DNA from: Cyanidioschyzon merolae
Taxonomy: Eukaryota
Direction: 5' to 3' (one strand)
DNA length: 64,000 nt
Assembly (NCBI GenBank): GCA_000091205.1
Contig: AP006492.2
Numbering within the stretch: position 1 is the first letter of the stretch; each line of letters begins with the position of its first letter. Below are positions 1-12,067 of the stretch, piece by piece. The notes under the pieces are model-generated. The model saw nothing but the letters and a program-made list of their open reading frames with translations, was not told the DNA's origin and did not search any database. Position numbers and translations under genes: made by a program.

Positions 1-2035
1 TCCATGGAGCATGGGGTGCTCCCGTGCACTGACAGTCGAGGCGAGCAGGCCTGCACTGGGAGCGTACCCCGAGTCGAGTTTCGGCAGGTTCTGGCGGCAG
101 GGGTGCTGGTCGCTCGCGGGGGCGCAGCGGACCTCAGTACCAAGGCGCTTGCCGGCCTGTATGAATATCAGCTTGCTTCTTCTCTGCAAACGCAAGGCGC
201 TCTATCGTGTACAGGGAGTATGGAACGATGTGAACGTTTCCAGAACGTGCATGTCGTACTCCAGCATGCGTACCGGATCGTTGCGTGCTCGCTAAGAGCG
301 TCGCCAGCATGTCAGTGAAGGGTAACGCGCCTCTGATGCAATGGTTCCTGCCACAAACCCCTAAACTAGGCCCATGGTAGAATCAAGGGGAAAGGGTCAA
401 CTTGTATTCCTGGGGTGCACATACCAGAGTTTTCGCCTCGCCCTACTGGTATCAATACGAGCCTAGACGGGCATTTCCTCCAACCGCTTCATTTTCGTCT
501 CTCTCATCTCCGGCGGTAGACATGCCGATCTCTCCGGTCACCCCAGACCGGTTGACAACAGTCACAGGGTGTTGATGGCAGCATTCAGGTCCCAGTTTCG
601 CAGCTTCTGGCGCTTTGCAACGCATTCCATGTACAGCCAGAGGTCGCTATTCATGCTGCGCTTGCCACTTCCATATTCCTTGTATACAGCCTCGGAACGC
701 GCTTCGCAGCGGGGCCAGTTGGTCGTAGTAACTTATCCCCAAACGTATACAGCAACAGCGTCTCTACGAGCACTCATGTGGAGCGTGAGCACTTGCTTCA
801 TCGCTCGTTGCATGCTCCTGACGGAGACAAAAACAGAAAACGTCGCGTCTCGATGCCCTGTCCCGTTTCCACACCCAGTATTGTACCGAGCGGGCACCGA
901 CGTCTTCTGGGCGATCCCTGTGGCGAGTACTGTGTTTCCTAGACTCGCCAGTACGCGCTATCCGATTCGATAGAGGATTGTTGGAAAAAGATGTTGTCTT
1001 CTGTCACCCGTGCACTGAGCGTAACGCATACGCGCGAGAGCACGTCAAGATCTTTCGATCCGTTTACGCCCCCGTCATGCAAAGCGATGACATACACTGC
1101 ACTGGAGGCGATCGTAGCGATGACTGAATTTCGAATCGAAGACGCATCCCAGAAAAACACAAGAGACTTGAGCCCCCTGCGGACGTATCGCTTGAGAGGT
1201 ATCACGCCGCTGTCGAAAGCGGTTTCGTGGCTCACATCTATAAGAGGACGCTTTGCAATCCGTACCGAACCGATTATTTCACGCGACACGCTCGGTGAAC
1301 TCACGGCATGAGCTTGTACAGCAGTCGGCACCGGGCGTCCCCAGGTATGTTTCCTTGTCAATGCAGCGACGCGTATTGCGGTGTCCACGAGTCTCCTTGG
1401 AAACGAGCGATCCGCAGCCTGAAGAATACGTCATGTGCGCTCGCTATACGTAATGAAAGGCGAAGCGTGGACGCTCGTACGTATGAAACGGATCATGAGA
1501 CCAGTTACTCTAAGAACCCTATTTCGAGGTCCCCGAGAATGATCCCTTGATTCCGGTGACCTTACGCGTTCCAGTTTCAAGGAGTCGAATGTATCACTTT
1601 GAGAAGGTCATCGAGAGTCCCAAGATTCCGTGTAAATCCCCAAGTCCCTGTTCCTGTCGTTTGGATTTCGAGACTGTTCATCGAAAGAATTCGGAAAAAA
1701 ACATGGCGAGGCAAGAACAGAGCAACCAGTTCAGGATTCGATTTTCATCTGACAGAGGCGAGCGCTAGGGCAACGATGGAGCTGGCTCTGTCGTCTGACT
1801 GACTCGACACAAGTCGCTGAAAGCGTTTCATTGGGTGCACATTCCGAGCGCTGGGAGAGCGCTTGGCCTCCGAAACCTCTTTGCGTGCTCTTCCGCTTGC
1901 AGTTTTCTGGGCGCTCAACGTCAAACGCGAAGCAAGTGACCAAGCACTAGCGTACCGACGTCGCCGGGGGTGGGGTTCTTCCTTCGGCTTGGCGAATAGA
2001 AGTTATGAAGTGAGCCAGGGTGTGTTCGGCTTTCC

Positions 2036-5000
2036 ATGCAACCACTTCATACTCCTGTGGAAGCGCCTGTGTTTCCTGGACTTGGAGACCCGATTCGACG
2101 CACGCGCTGGGTTTCCGTGCCGCTCACTGACCCGGATACCGACGCGCTGAACGGCGGATCGCGACCAGCTCCAACACCTGGGACGCACGGCACTCGCTTG
2201 GTTCTCGTCGGAACCCAGCATGGACAAGTACGCACGAGCGTGTATCCTTCGGGTTGCCTCTTTACCAGCTGGGTCGGATCTGTGGCTGGGGCGCTCTCCG
2301 ATGGCGTTCGAGACGTTGCCGCGATCCAAGGCGCTTCAACGGAGAGCCTCCTTGTCTCCGTATCCGCAAATGGAACCCTGATACGAACCACGCTGGGTCT
2401 ACCACTGCACACGTTGACGAGCTCGGACTGGACGCAGTCGCGACTCTGTCGACCAATGCCTCTACAGGGCCATGCGTTGCTCCTGGTAACCACTGACCTC
2501 GGACGCATGCACCTGTTGCAGGCCGAGAGAGGCACTGCGCTGCGCTCGTTCGTGGATCCACCGCATATTCGTCGAGCGCTCGCTGCAGACTGGCTCTACA
2601 ACCAAGCGATTGTTCTGGGATATGATGACGGATCTATTGCGCTGAAGGATCCATCCTCATTGCGCGTGCTCCACGAGGAGCCGCGGCACCCGGCAGGCAA
2701 CGCTGCGCGCTTTCCTGTCGTCGACCTGGTCGCGTTAAGCGAGCATGGTTTAGTGGCGGCAGTCTATGGGGTTGTCCCGCTCATTCGACTCTATGACATT
2801 CGAAAGGGTCTAGGGAACGGCGGTCGCGTCGGCAAAATATCACCCGCTATCGTCCAGGAGCTGGCTGTGCCGAGTTCGGACTCGGTCATTGCCCTGAAAT
2901 GGTTACCAGGGAAGCAGCGCCTGTGGACGCTGGGTGTTGGTGGTCATTGTGAACGTTTCAGCGTCGACGGGGCTGCAAGTGTCCTCTGTTATGAGGCTGG
3001 GTTGTGTTTGCCGGTCGGCAACGGTCTCTACTCCTGCTTCGATATCACCGCTGAAGGCGGTACGTTGGTGACTGGCGACCTCGGCGGTTGTGTCCAGTAT
3101 CTGCATCTCGAGGAAAGTGAGAAGCTGGAAGCATTGGCGAATGCCCAGTGTCCAGATCCAGCGCTCTCCGAGCCTGCTCTCATAGAGGCTCTCTGTTCGA
3201 GGGCGGCACGCAACGCGAGGCCGCGTCGAGACCTCACCGACTCGACACATACAGAACAGCGCTGCTGGCTTGCGGATACGCCCTGGCCTTTAGTCCAGCA
3301 GCAACGGGGCAATGCGACAAAACGGTTGAAATTCCGTTTCCCGCTGCTGGCCAGTCCGATAGCAATACGGAGCGCCCGCTTTGTGGGTCCAGTTGGCTAC
3401 CTGCCCGTAACTGGTTCAGCATCCGACCAGCTCTACCTGCAACCAGATGAAGGCTGGCAACAGACGAGTATCTCCACTGCGAGCATGCAACCAAAACTGG
3501 ACACACTCGAGGAACGTGTGCGTTTCAGACGCATCGATCTGGTGAAGGCGGAGAGTCTCGAAGGCTTCGATTATGCCCTGTACAATCGAACGCGTTTTTG
3601 TGGGCTTGAAAACAGCCTCCCGACGATGTACATGAATCCAATCTTGCAGATGTTCTTCTTCATTCGTCCGTTTCGTGAGGCGATGTTCGGACTGTGTCAT
3701 CGCTTTGCGTGCACTGGCGAGGAGTTGCCCACGAGTATAGCCGCGGAGCTCGGGTACCTCTATGACATGATGGAGCGCGGCGGCAGCCTTGCATGTGATA
3801 CGGTGCGTCTTATGTACGCTTTTCAACAGAGTCATCAGGCGGTAGCTCTGGGTCTCGTCGATCGTTTGAGTGGTGGTCCAACGCTGATGCAGTCTGGGAT
3901 CCCGCTGGAGCGCCTTGTTGATAAGTTTTGCCGCTTTCTGCTGGAGAACTTGTCGCGCGAGGAAATGCACGATGCGTATGGCGCTCCGCCAGATCAGCGG
4001 GTCATCGAGAGACTCTTCGCCTTTCGAACGAGGACCTGTATTCGTTCAGTTGCGAGCGGATTAGAAACGACGCGAGAAGATGTACAGTACGTGCTGTCGC
4101 TCTCGAGCGACAATGCAGAACCTGTGGAGGCGGCACACTTTCCATCGTTGGTGAACGCTGCGCTGCGGCAGACGCAGCCACCGATACGGGCGCTGCACCC
4201 GGCGAGCCAGAAAGTGGAACTTGTTGAGCAGCGTCGCGAGGTCCTCTCGCTGGCCCCCTATCTGCTGTGCAGCAGTGCGGGCATCACAGTTCGGTCGCTT
4301 CAACCTGAACTGGAGCTCGAGCTGCCGCTCGACGCTGCTTGCTACCGGTACCGTCTCATCGGCGAAGTCGTAGGCGTACGTCCAGCAAACGTTCCAGCAT
4401 CCACAAATCAACAAAAAGCGCCGGCTGCGACCTCAACAGTGGCATTTCTCAGAATCCAGGGACTGGAACCGCACCAGGCATCACTGAGTGCCCAGGAAGG
4501 GTCGTGGTACTGTTTTAATGATTTTACAATCACTGCGGTGCGCGATGCTGCACAAGTCGAGCGCTTCGATTCGTGTTTCATGCAGCCGCTCTTGCTGCTG
4601 TATCGTAGAGAGACCGGTGTTGCCGCAGTTGCGCTCGACGACAAGCCGCCCGTGTCGTTCGAAGCACGACTCTGGCCCGACTCGGAAACAGAGTGGGCGC
4701 GCGTATTTGCGCTGCGCCCTATGAGTACGACTCATAAGCGGCTGCTTCAAGCGGGCGACAGGAATGCGCTGCGAGCTCGGTTGTCTTTCGTGCCGCTGCA
4801 GCCGGGCGAGCGTCTGACACGCGGTACGCTCGTCGCGATCGACACTGAGTTTGTGCTCGTATCCCGGGAGAAGGCAGAAATATGCTGCAGCCGTCGATCG
4901 ACGGGACATACGCCGCGCTGGTGCCGCTGGAGCAGCCCGTCATTGGGCCAGGCACCAGAAGAGGAGGAGCCGCTCTTGCGACGGGTGATTCTGGAACCCT

Positions 5001-5578
5001 CTCGCAAACATGTGGCCCGAGTCACCGTGATTCGGGAAAATGGACAGGTGCTGCTGGATGACTACGTCATGCCCCCGCCCGGATGCACGATTGTGGACTA
5101 CCTGACCCGCTACAGTGGGATAACTGCACCGGATTTGCAGCCAAACCGCACCCGACATTATTTGACGCTGAGCAAGTATGTGTACGCCAAGTTGCATGCA
5201 TTGCAGCGCACCGGATGTGTGTTCGTGGGTCATGGTCTAAGAAGTGATTTTCGCCAGTTGAATTTCCTGCTTCGGTCCGAGCAATACCGTGACACGGCGC
5301 TGTTGTTTCGCTTGCCCGCAAACGAACGTACGCGTGGGCGGTCTCGACTGCTTTCATTGCGCTTTCTCGCTGGTTGTCTGTTGAAACGACGGGTCCAGAA
5401 CGGCTCCCAAGGTCACGATTCCGTTGAGGACGCGCGTGCGGCGCTCGACCTCTATCGTTTATATCTGGAACTCGAACAGCGACAGCTCCTCAAAACGACC
5501 GTTGAGCGGCTCTACGAGTACGGCAGCAGAAAGCACTGGCAACCAGACTTTGCGGATCCCTTTGAACTCGCACTATAG
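2036..5578 (+). CDS. PAN2: PAN2, the PAB-dependent poly(A)-specific ribonuclease subunit. WD40 N-terminal region, pseudo-UCH domain and C-terminal DEDD exonuclease domain in one uninterrupted 1180-aa ORF.
   Basis: The UCH-like block 'GLENSLPTMYMNPILQMFFFIRPFREAMF' lacks the catalytic Cys, as is known for PAN2. The DEDDh exonuclease motifs are 'LVAIDTEFVLV', 'VGHGLRSDFRQLNF' and 'HDSVEDARAALDLY'. The ~1180-aa size matches PAN2. Confidence 0.85.
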   Translation: MQPLHTPVEAPVFPGLGDPIRRTRWVSVPLTDPDTDALNGGSRPAPTPGTHGTRLVLVGTQHGQVRTSVYPSGCLFTSWVGSVAGALSDGVRDVAAIQGASTESLLVSVSANGTLIRTTLGLPLHTLTSSDWTQSRLCRPMPLQGHALLLVTTDLGRMHLLQAERGTALRSFVDPPHIRRALAADWLYNQAIVLGYDDGSIALKDPSSLRVLHEEPRHPAGNAARFPVVDLVALSEHGLVAAVYGVVPLIRLYDIRKGLGNGGRVGKISPAIVQELAVPSSDSVIALKWLPGKQRLWTLGVGGHCERFSVDGAASVLCYEAGLCLPVGNGLYSCFDITAEGGTLVTGDLGGCVQYLHLEESEKLEALANAQCPDPALSEPALIEALCSRAARNARPRRDLTDSTHTEQRCWLADTPWPLVQQQRGNATKRLKFRFPLLASPIAIRSARFVGPVGYLPVTGSASDQLYLQPDEGWQQTSISTASMQPKLDTLEERVRFRRIDLVKAESLEGFDYALYNRTRFCGLENSLPTMYMNPILQMFFFIRPFREAMFGLCHRFACTGEELPTSIAAELGYLYDMMERGGSLACDTVRLMYAFQQSHQAVALGLVDRLSGGPTLMQSGIPLERLVDKFCRFLLENLSREEMHDAYGAPPDQRVIERLFAFRTRTCIRSVASGLETTREDVQYVLSLSSDNAEPVEAAHFPSLVNAALRQTQPPIRALHPASQKVELVEQRREVLSLAPYLLCSSAGITVRSLQPELELELPLDAACYRYRLIGEVVGVRPANVPASTNQQKAPAATSTVAFLRIQGLEPHQASLSAQEGSWYCFNDFTITAVRDAAQVERFDSCFMQPLLLLYRRETGVAAVALDDKPPVSFEARLWPDSETEWARVFALRPMSTTHKRLLQAGDRNALRARLSFVPLQPGERLTRGTLVAIDTEFVLVSREKAEICCSRRSTGHTPRWCRWSSPSLGQAPEEEEPLLRRVILEPSRKHVARVTVIRENGQVLLDDYVMPPPGCTIVDYLTRYSGITAPDLQPNRTRHYLTLSKYVYAKLHALQRTGCVFVGHGLRSDFRQLNFLLRSEQYRDTALLFRLPANERTRGRSRLLSLRFLAGCLLKRRVQNGSQGHDSVEDARAALDLYRLYLELEQRQLLKTTVERLYEYGSRKHWQPDFADPFELAL

Positions 5579-6562
5579 CGCGTATGTACCAAGTCTGCGA
5601 GACTGGATCGCGACCCCAGGCTCGTATTGCTGGTCAATGACGGGTCACTCGTTGGAGTGCGGTGACGGATGTTGAGTCTGATGTGGAACGACAGCAGCTT
5701 GCAGCCAGTGATCGACCGAGTCGCCTGTTGGCGTAACGGCCTGATTCGCAAGCATCCTCGGGGCGAGCACTGCCCGACTCGGGGGCTGTTCCCGTCACCG
5801 CCACGCAAAGCATCCGAGAAGGAGCAGCGGTGGCACCATTCGATGCGCTGCTGGTCGATATCGCTTGTCTCGGACACGCGGGCAGCCTCGGCAACGCCAT
5901 AAAATCTTAAAGTCAAGGATCTTACGACTCTACGGAAAATACACGGGCGGTATTCTTGTTGCGAAGCGCGGCCGCTGTGCGCAAATCATGGCGCTTCTCC
6001 GGGGGCGGGTCGAGTCCCACACACTGGGCGCCACAAGTCTTGCTCCGGGATCATCCTGCCCGTTCCATGACGCTGGTGAACGCATCAAATCCATTGCGGG
6101 TCCGTAGCGTCAGTGTGACCTTGACACGTACTCGGATCGGGTTCCATCATGCTGCGTGCCTCTACAGTGGGGCACGTGCCTAGACCCCGACACAGGCGCA
6201 TCCATGGACCCGCGGGATTGAACCTGCTCTAGCGACTGTGTAAACCGGAGTTCTCCTGCGCTGTAACCCCATTCAGAGACCAGAACAGCAGCTGCTCAGC
6301 AGAGGCAAGGGTGTAGTCGAGGCCCGTGCTTTGTGCCTGCTTGCCTCGTACGCGTGTACACGTGTGTGTATGTGTAGGTGTTCGTGATGCGTCTCGGATA
6401 TCGTGGCGAGTCGCGCTGTATCCGTTCTCGTAGCGGTGTGAGCGCCACGGCGTCCTGTCGTCGACCACCAGACACGTCTAGCTGCTGCCAAAGTCAATGC
6501 AGTGGTCGCCAGATACCCTTTGCTCCAGTCGGTACCGTGCACGCATCCCGAGCGCCCGTATC

Positions 6563-7081
6563 CTAGGATCTTCTTCTGCGGCGTTGCACAGTTTTACTGG
6601 ATCGTCGTCGACGCAACTTAGATGCCTCAGCAATACGTTGCGCTCGCTGCTGCACAGCTCGAAAGCGCCGTTTGACGTACCCCCGTGCTCGCGGGTCCGC
6701 CAAGACCTCTTCAATGATGCGCGACTTGCGCGCCCGCCGTGGTAAACGCTCGCCTGTGTAGTACTCGTGTGGAGCTTCGATCACCGTTCCAAGCTGGAAC
6801 CTACGGGGATCAAGTTTCTCCTCGTGCCCCATTGACTTGTAAAAGCGTTTCGGATCCCAGTGCTTGCGCAGTTGCAGAAGTGCAACCTCTTTCGCGAGCA
6901 GCGCCTGGGTTTCAGGCGTCGGAACAGACTCCTCGTCCGGCTCGCCAGTAGCTTCGCTCCTGCCACCAGAGTACTTCTCGATGAGATCTTCTACCTCTCG
7001 ATCCGTCCCGCACGACAAATCGTCCTCATCGAGAAACGACCTCGTTGTCGGAAGCAAGCAGTCCGAAAGATTCGTAGTCAT
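6563..7081 (-). CDS. Fcf2 pre-rRNA processing domain protein (DNTTIP2/Fcf2 C-terminal domain).
   Basis: 'RKHWDPKRFYK...LPRRFQLGTVIEAPHEYYTGERLPRRARKSRIIEEVLADPRARGYVKRRF' matches the Fcf2 signature of KRHYKK, FQVGTV-E-P-EFYS-RL, RK and EELL-D. The N-terminal extent is uncertain. Confidence 0.7.
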   Translation of the reverse strand: MTTNLSDCLLPTTRSFLDEDDLSCGTDREVEDLIEKYSGGRSEATGEPDEESVPTPETQALLAKEVALLQLRKHWDPKRFYKSMGHEEKLDPRRFQLGTVIEAPHEYYTGERLPRRARKSRIIEEVLADPRARGYVKRRFRAVQQRAQRIAEASKLRRRRSSKTVQRRRRRS

Positions 7082-8758
7082 TTGCGAGCTTCAGTCAGCA
7101 CAGCAGCACAAGAAACGCAGCGTAGCGCGACGGGATCAACGGCTCGTGAGCGGCAGCGACGCGTCCTCGTGTGTCCATTGCCCGCGACAACTGGTGTGTG
7201 CGGGTGTTGGCGTCGACGCGCCCAAGGAGCGGGTACACGACACCTATGTGGAAAGTTGTTGAAAGCAGTCCTTTTGAGGTAATTGCGGACGCACCTGCTA
7301 CAGTTGGGGTCTCGTGCCAGTGTCAGGAACACACCAGCGTTTGGGAGATTCTTGTTTCTCCTTCCTATCTGGCTTTACAAAAACCGGTGTCTGGTACCTG
7401 TCGAGCCACGTAGTTCGCACTGGGAAGATGCTGCAGATGGGAACCTACAAGTCCCGATTCCGCCGCTTCTAGGTGTTGTCAACGCTTACCACGCACAAAT
7501 GCAAGCTACGGTCCACGCAGTGCTCGCCATCTCATCTTCTTTATCTACAGCTCTGGTGCGCCATTCGCAACGGTGACACTGACCTATAAGCAGGTGCTCC
7601 CATTCGTCCACCGAACCTCCTGCTCCTCCTCATCCGGATATCGTCTAGTCGTGTTTGAAGGCTTCCATGATGTTTCCGAATATGCCTCTAACGGGTGCAG
7701 AGGGCTTCCCGCGAGGCGCTCCTTCGATGGCGCCTATCGAGGATCCGCTCGGCGCCTATACCCTGTCCGATGCACCCGCAAGCGCTCGCTCTACCATTCG
7801 AAGGGGATTTGTGGAATGCGATATGGTCCTTGATGAAAGAATTATCGGAAGGAAAATCCAGACTGGAGAACACGAGTCGAGACGTTTGAACACGTCTAGG
7901 ATTCCATCGCTCAAAGCGCAGACGCACGCTCTACGGAAAGCGATCACTGTGCTGATGAGCGCTCGATTCCAAGACGCTTTCGATGCAAACAAAAAAGGCG
8001 AGGGCCTCTTACAGCTTGTTACGTGCTAGGCACCATGCCGCTGTCGGATGCAGATTCATCGACTGTCACAGAGGTGGATTTGTCTGTCGGACGGAAGTGA
8101 TGACTCGACGTGACGAATTCGGTGAACGCTCAGCATGAGCGTACGACCAGGTCGTCAAGAAGCGTCACCGAGTTTTCTCATGGTCGATCCAGCCGCGCGA
8201 ATTCCTGTGCCCTCGAATTACCTCGGAACAGAAAGATCGACACCTCGAAGAATGCATGATGTTAGCGTGTCACTCGCAACGACAGGACAAACATGGAGGC
8301 TCGGACGTATGACTGGATGATCCTATCGCATCATTTACGCGCGCGTGTTCGAGGTCGTCGTGAATCCTCGTAATCCCCATGACGTAAAGAATGCCAGGTG
8401 CAGTGCGTCGAAGCAGCGACTCCGAGAACACGTCTGAAAATCCTGTAACTGCCTTCGATTCCATAATCTTTCTCGCTGTACTTTGACTGTCGAGGCTGTA
8501 GATCGAGCAAAGTCCAGAAAAGGGATCAATAAGAACGAACACAGCACGTAACTCCATGTACTATGCTCAGCTAACGCGGATCTAGTGGGTAACACAAGTT
8601 CGATGCATCGATCCCGGATCTAGACTTGTTTGCAACTGCATGTACCGTCGACGCCATGAGCGTCGCGCATTGACACTGAGCAGCGCGTGGCGAACGCGAG
8701 GTCGCATCCCGAGATGCACCGCGATCACTCATGGGAATAAGCAAGGCGAATCGATAAT

Positions 8759-8800
8759 ATCGCTGCTGCTGCTGCCGCTGCTGCTGTTGCTGCCGCTGCT
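8759..8800. repeat. Imperfect (CTG/GCT)n trinucleotide repeat upstream of the NRAMP ORF. A (CAG)n(CGG)n run at ~8951-8998 encodes the polyQ/polyR in the NRAMP N-terminus.
   Basis: Direct reading gives 'gctgctgctgctgccgctgctgctgttgctgccgctgctgg' and 'cagcagcagcagcagcagcagcggcggcggcggcgg'. Confidence 0.8.
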
Positions 8801-8890
8801 GGTGCGACGTCGTGCTCCTCTTCCTCTGCTGCCGCTGCAGCTGGTAACCCCGAAGCCGACATACGACTCGGACGCATACGATAGGTCACT

Positions 8891-11047
8891 ATGGATACAA
8901 CCAGCACCGGTACGTGCGGTGCTCTGCCTGACGTGGAGGGCGCTGGTGCTCCAAGCCGTAGGCAGCAGCAGCAGCAGCAGCAGCGGCGGCGGCGGCGGTT
9001 GGCTGTGCTTTTTCGCCGTCTCTGGCGCTACGCGGGACCCGGCTGGCTCGTATGCGTGGCATACCTGGACCCGGGCAACTTGTTTTCTGATATATTATCT
9101 GGTTCTCAGTACGCTTACTCACAGCTGTGGGTAGTCTGGTGGTCGCAGTGGTTTGCACTCTTCGTGGGTTGGCTGTGCGCGCGCCTCGTGCTACGCAGCA
9201 GCCCGCTGGAGGACTTTGCGTCGGCCGAGCGCAAGCGCTACCGGAAACCCCCAGCAGCACGCTATTTTCTCTGGCTCTTTGCCGAGCTTGTGGTTATTAT
9301 TGCCGATATTCCGGAAGTGATTGGTTTCGCGTTTGGAATCCATATTTTGACGGGACTACCTGTCTGGGCGGGCGTGTTGCTGTCGTTCCTTGCGACCTCG
9401 TTGGTTCTTCTGCTGGAGCTTGGTGACTTTCGTTTGGTGGAGATGGTGGTAGCGTTGTGCGTATTCGCATTGGGTCTCGTGCTCCTCGTGTCCCTAGCGA
9501 AATCTGGACTAGATGGCAAAGCTTTCATGGTTGGCTGGTTGTTACCTCGATTCCAAGGAGGTCAGTCGGTCTACGATGCGTTAAGCATCATCGGAAGCGT
9601 TGTGATGCCGCACAATCTCTATCTGCAAACCGGGTCGCTGATCGCGCATCACACTGCGGCGTTCGTGGCGCTCGATATCATAGACAAGGTACATGTGAAC
9701 GAAACGGGCGGGGAATTAGATGCCCAGCTCGTCGACCCCTCGTTCACGAAAGATACCGACGACAACGGCGACGGCGACGCGGACTCCTCCGAACAGGATG
9801 TCGAGGCTGCGGCTGCGACGTCGGCAACGTTGTGGGAATCGGATATGGCGGACAAGTCCCGAGGCGCTGGTTCGGTACAAGACATCGCTGAGGATTCCGT
9901 ATCTGTTGTTGTGCATGCGGCGCACAATGCTCATGCGCACTGGTCTGTGGACGATGCGCAAACCCAGTACGCAGAGCCCGGACCTGATGCGGGAATCACG
10001 TGCAGCCGCTCTGACCTCGAGGACACGAACGCGTCTTCGGGAATAAATGCTTGCACTGGTGAGCGTGCAAGCGAAAGAGGCCTGAATGAACCTCTTTGTG
10101 ACGCATCTAATACCGAGCTGGACGAGATCCACAGCGCCGTGGTACCGCAGACTCAGCAACAACAAGTGGAAGAAGCGCGATGCATAGGGCCGCTCGGCGC
10201 TGATGGGTCCAGCGACATCACTGTCGAGCGAACGCCCGTGCATGTGCTTGGCAAAGGCGATTTTGAGACAAGTGTGAGGCGCTTAAGCGGCAAAACATTG
10301 GAGCAAGAGAATACAACTGAACGACAAGGTTTGGACGTTTCCAGTCAATATCAAGACGGGTTATGCGCACCGGCGCCACTGCCAGCTGTAGGCGCGGTGG
10401 TTCTCGAACTCGTGCTGCCAACATGCTTCGCATTTTTCGTGAATGCGTCGGCGATCGCCATAGCAGCGGAGCACGTGTTTTCGCAAGGATCCAGTACGAG
10501 CGACAGCCTAGGCCTGTACAACTTTTGCAACTTTCTACCCTTTGATGGTGCGTGTATCCTCTGGGGCATCATTCTGATTTTATCTGGAACAGCTTCTACG
10601 GTAACAGCCACGCTGACTGGTAGCTACGTCATGAGCGGTTTTCTCCATCTCCGTATTCCCATGCTCGTCCGAGCCGCCTTGGCACGAGGTCTTGCACTTA
10701 CGCCAGCGCTGATTATTGCCGCGACCTCGGGACCTGCAACGGTGAACGCCATCATCGGCGTCGTGAACGCCACTTTGAGCATTGCCCTGCCGATAGTGCT
10801 GGTGCCTTTACTACGCTGCTCCCATGAGCGGAGGAAATTGCACTGGTTCCCGCACGCGGCCGGTTGGCTCTTTACAGCGTTCATTTTTGGTCTGAACCTC
10901 TATGGGCTCTGTGCGCCTCAGGGTGGCATGTTTGGCCTCTACACTGGTTCGTCAGACAACTTTACATGGTCCGTTCAATCGAACATTCTGCAGGATCTTG
11001 TGGTCCTCTCGTATACAGCCATCGTCGTCTGGCTGGCGGTGTCGTAA
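8891..11047 (+). CDS. NRAMP-family divalent metal transporter with a ~220-aa acidic low-complexity insertion between TM6 and TM7.
   Basis: The TM1 signature is 'GPGWLVCVAYLDPGNLFSD' and the TM6 signature is 'GSVVMPHNLYLQTGSLIAHH'. Downstream TM7-TM9 regions align to NRAMP, for example 'GTASTVTATLTGSYVMSGFLHLRIP'. The insertion at ~9690-10370 is rich in D, E and S. Confidence 0.85.
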   Translation: MDTTSTGTCGALPDVEGAGAPSRRQQQQQQQRRRRRLAVLFRRLWRYAGPGWLVCVAYLDPGNLFSDILSGSQYAYSQLWVVWWSQWFALFVGWLCARLVLRSSPLEDFASAERKRYRKPPAARYFLWLFAELVVIIADIPEVIGFAFGIHILTGLPVWAGVLLSFLATSLVLLLELGDFRLVEMVVALCVFALGLVLLVSLAKSGLDGKAFMVGWLLPRFQGGQSVYDALSIIGSVVMPHNLYLQTGSLIAHHTAAFVALDIIDKVHVNETGGELDAQLVDPSFTKDTDDNGDGDADSSEQDVEAAAATSATLWESDMADKSRGAGSVQDIAEDSVSVVVHAAHNAHAHWSVDDAQTQYAEPGPDAGITCSRSDLEDTNASSGINACTGERASERGLNEPLCDASNTELDEIHSAVVPQTQQQQVEEARCIGPLGADGSSDITVERTPVHVLGKGDFETSVRRLSGKTLEQENTTERQGLDVSSQYQDGLCAPAPLPAVGAVVLELVLPTCFAFFVNASAIAIAAEHVFSQGSSTSDSLGLYNFCNFLPFDGACILWGIILILSGTASTVTATLTGSYVMSGFLHLRIPMLVRAALARGLALTPALIIAATSGPATVNAIIGVVNATLSIALPIVLVPLLRCSHERRKLHWFPHAAGWLFTAFIFGLNLYGLCAPQGGMFGLYTGSSDNFTWSVQSNILQDLVVLSYTAIVVWLAVS

Positions 11048-11880
11048 ACCAGACTTTCGAGCTGTGAACACGAGGGCCAATCGAGAACAGGTTGACTGGT
11101 GCGATTTTCCAGAGACGGGCACGCCAGACCGCTATGGACAGCTTATGCACTCATCCTGGTCATACGTGGACTCGTTCTGGGCTATGCTGAACCCAGCCGC
11201 AGTGTTTGCTGCATGTCGAGATCGCATGTTCGATGCTCGGCGAACCAAGTGCCAACATGGCCATCTGCTGGGAAACCGCCGGAACCCGTTCGAGCAAAGC
11301 GCATACCCGGTGCCCGAGTAAGAAGGACTCGAACATCGCTAGCCGATCAGGCGTCGTGCGGCATCGTTCCATGCACTCGTGATAAACCCGAGTATTCCGG
11401 CCGATTACTTTTCGGCCACGTTCAGGGTCCCAGTCTGTGCCATTGCATAAGCGTACGCGCGCCCATTGCAGACGCTACGCTGGTCTCCTGTGCGCTTCCG
11501 ATCGAGCTGCCACGCGACTGGAATCGAGTTGTTTCGTAACGAACCATGTAGAGCAGACGGGGATATCAAACCGTTGCGTTCCTGCGGTATCCTGTGAAGC
11601 AACGAGCAACAGCGTGGATAATGTACCGATGCTGTGCGTCCTCGCTCTTTTACAGGATTTGATGCATGCATCCATGTCCGTGCGTGTGCATGTGTATGCG
11701 TGCTGCGACACGCTCTCCTGATGCCCAGCCTGCACCTCAGTCGCTGCCATCCGATCTGAGCACGCAGCGGCTGTCGGGGACACGTATGTGCCTGCGGTAA
11801 CGCGAAATTGCTTGCAACGGCCGTCTAGCGCGCAGATTGATTCCGCAGTACGGTGTCGTGATGCGAGGGGCAAGCGCACA

Positions 11881-11881
11881 C

Positions 11882-11932
<51 letters not shown>
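11881..11932. repeat. (CTGT)13 tetranucleotide microsatellite.
   Basis: Direct reading shows ctgt repeated 13 times. Complementary GACA/AGTC-type runs are at 24734..24768. Confidence 0.95.
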
Positions 11933-11934
<2 letters not shown>

Positions 11935-12067
11935 GCATGCATACGGACGCTGATCACCACGAAACCGCTATCCCTATCCAGCAACAAATATTGGGACAAC
12001 ATCCACTCCGCGCTCGCTTACAATGCAGTGCCGCAACGATAAAACCGGGGAAAACGGGTGTGCACGC

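Noticed and set aside
2047-5357. Numerous 80-180-aa ORFs antisense to or overlapping PAN2 and other genes, for example 3416..3970 (-) and 4481..4909 (-)
   Set aside because: They lie within a continuous, well-supported 1180-aa PAN2 frame. GC-rich DNA yields long spurious antisense ORFs, and none shows a recognisable motif.
8891-11047. The NRAMP gene being bacterial MntH or contamination
   Set aside because: It is embedded between eukaryotic genes, shares the window's GC, repeat and codon character, and has eukaryote-style low-complexity insertions.
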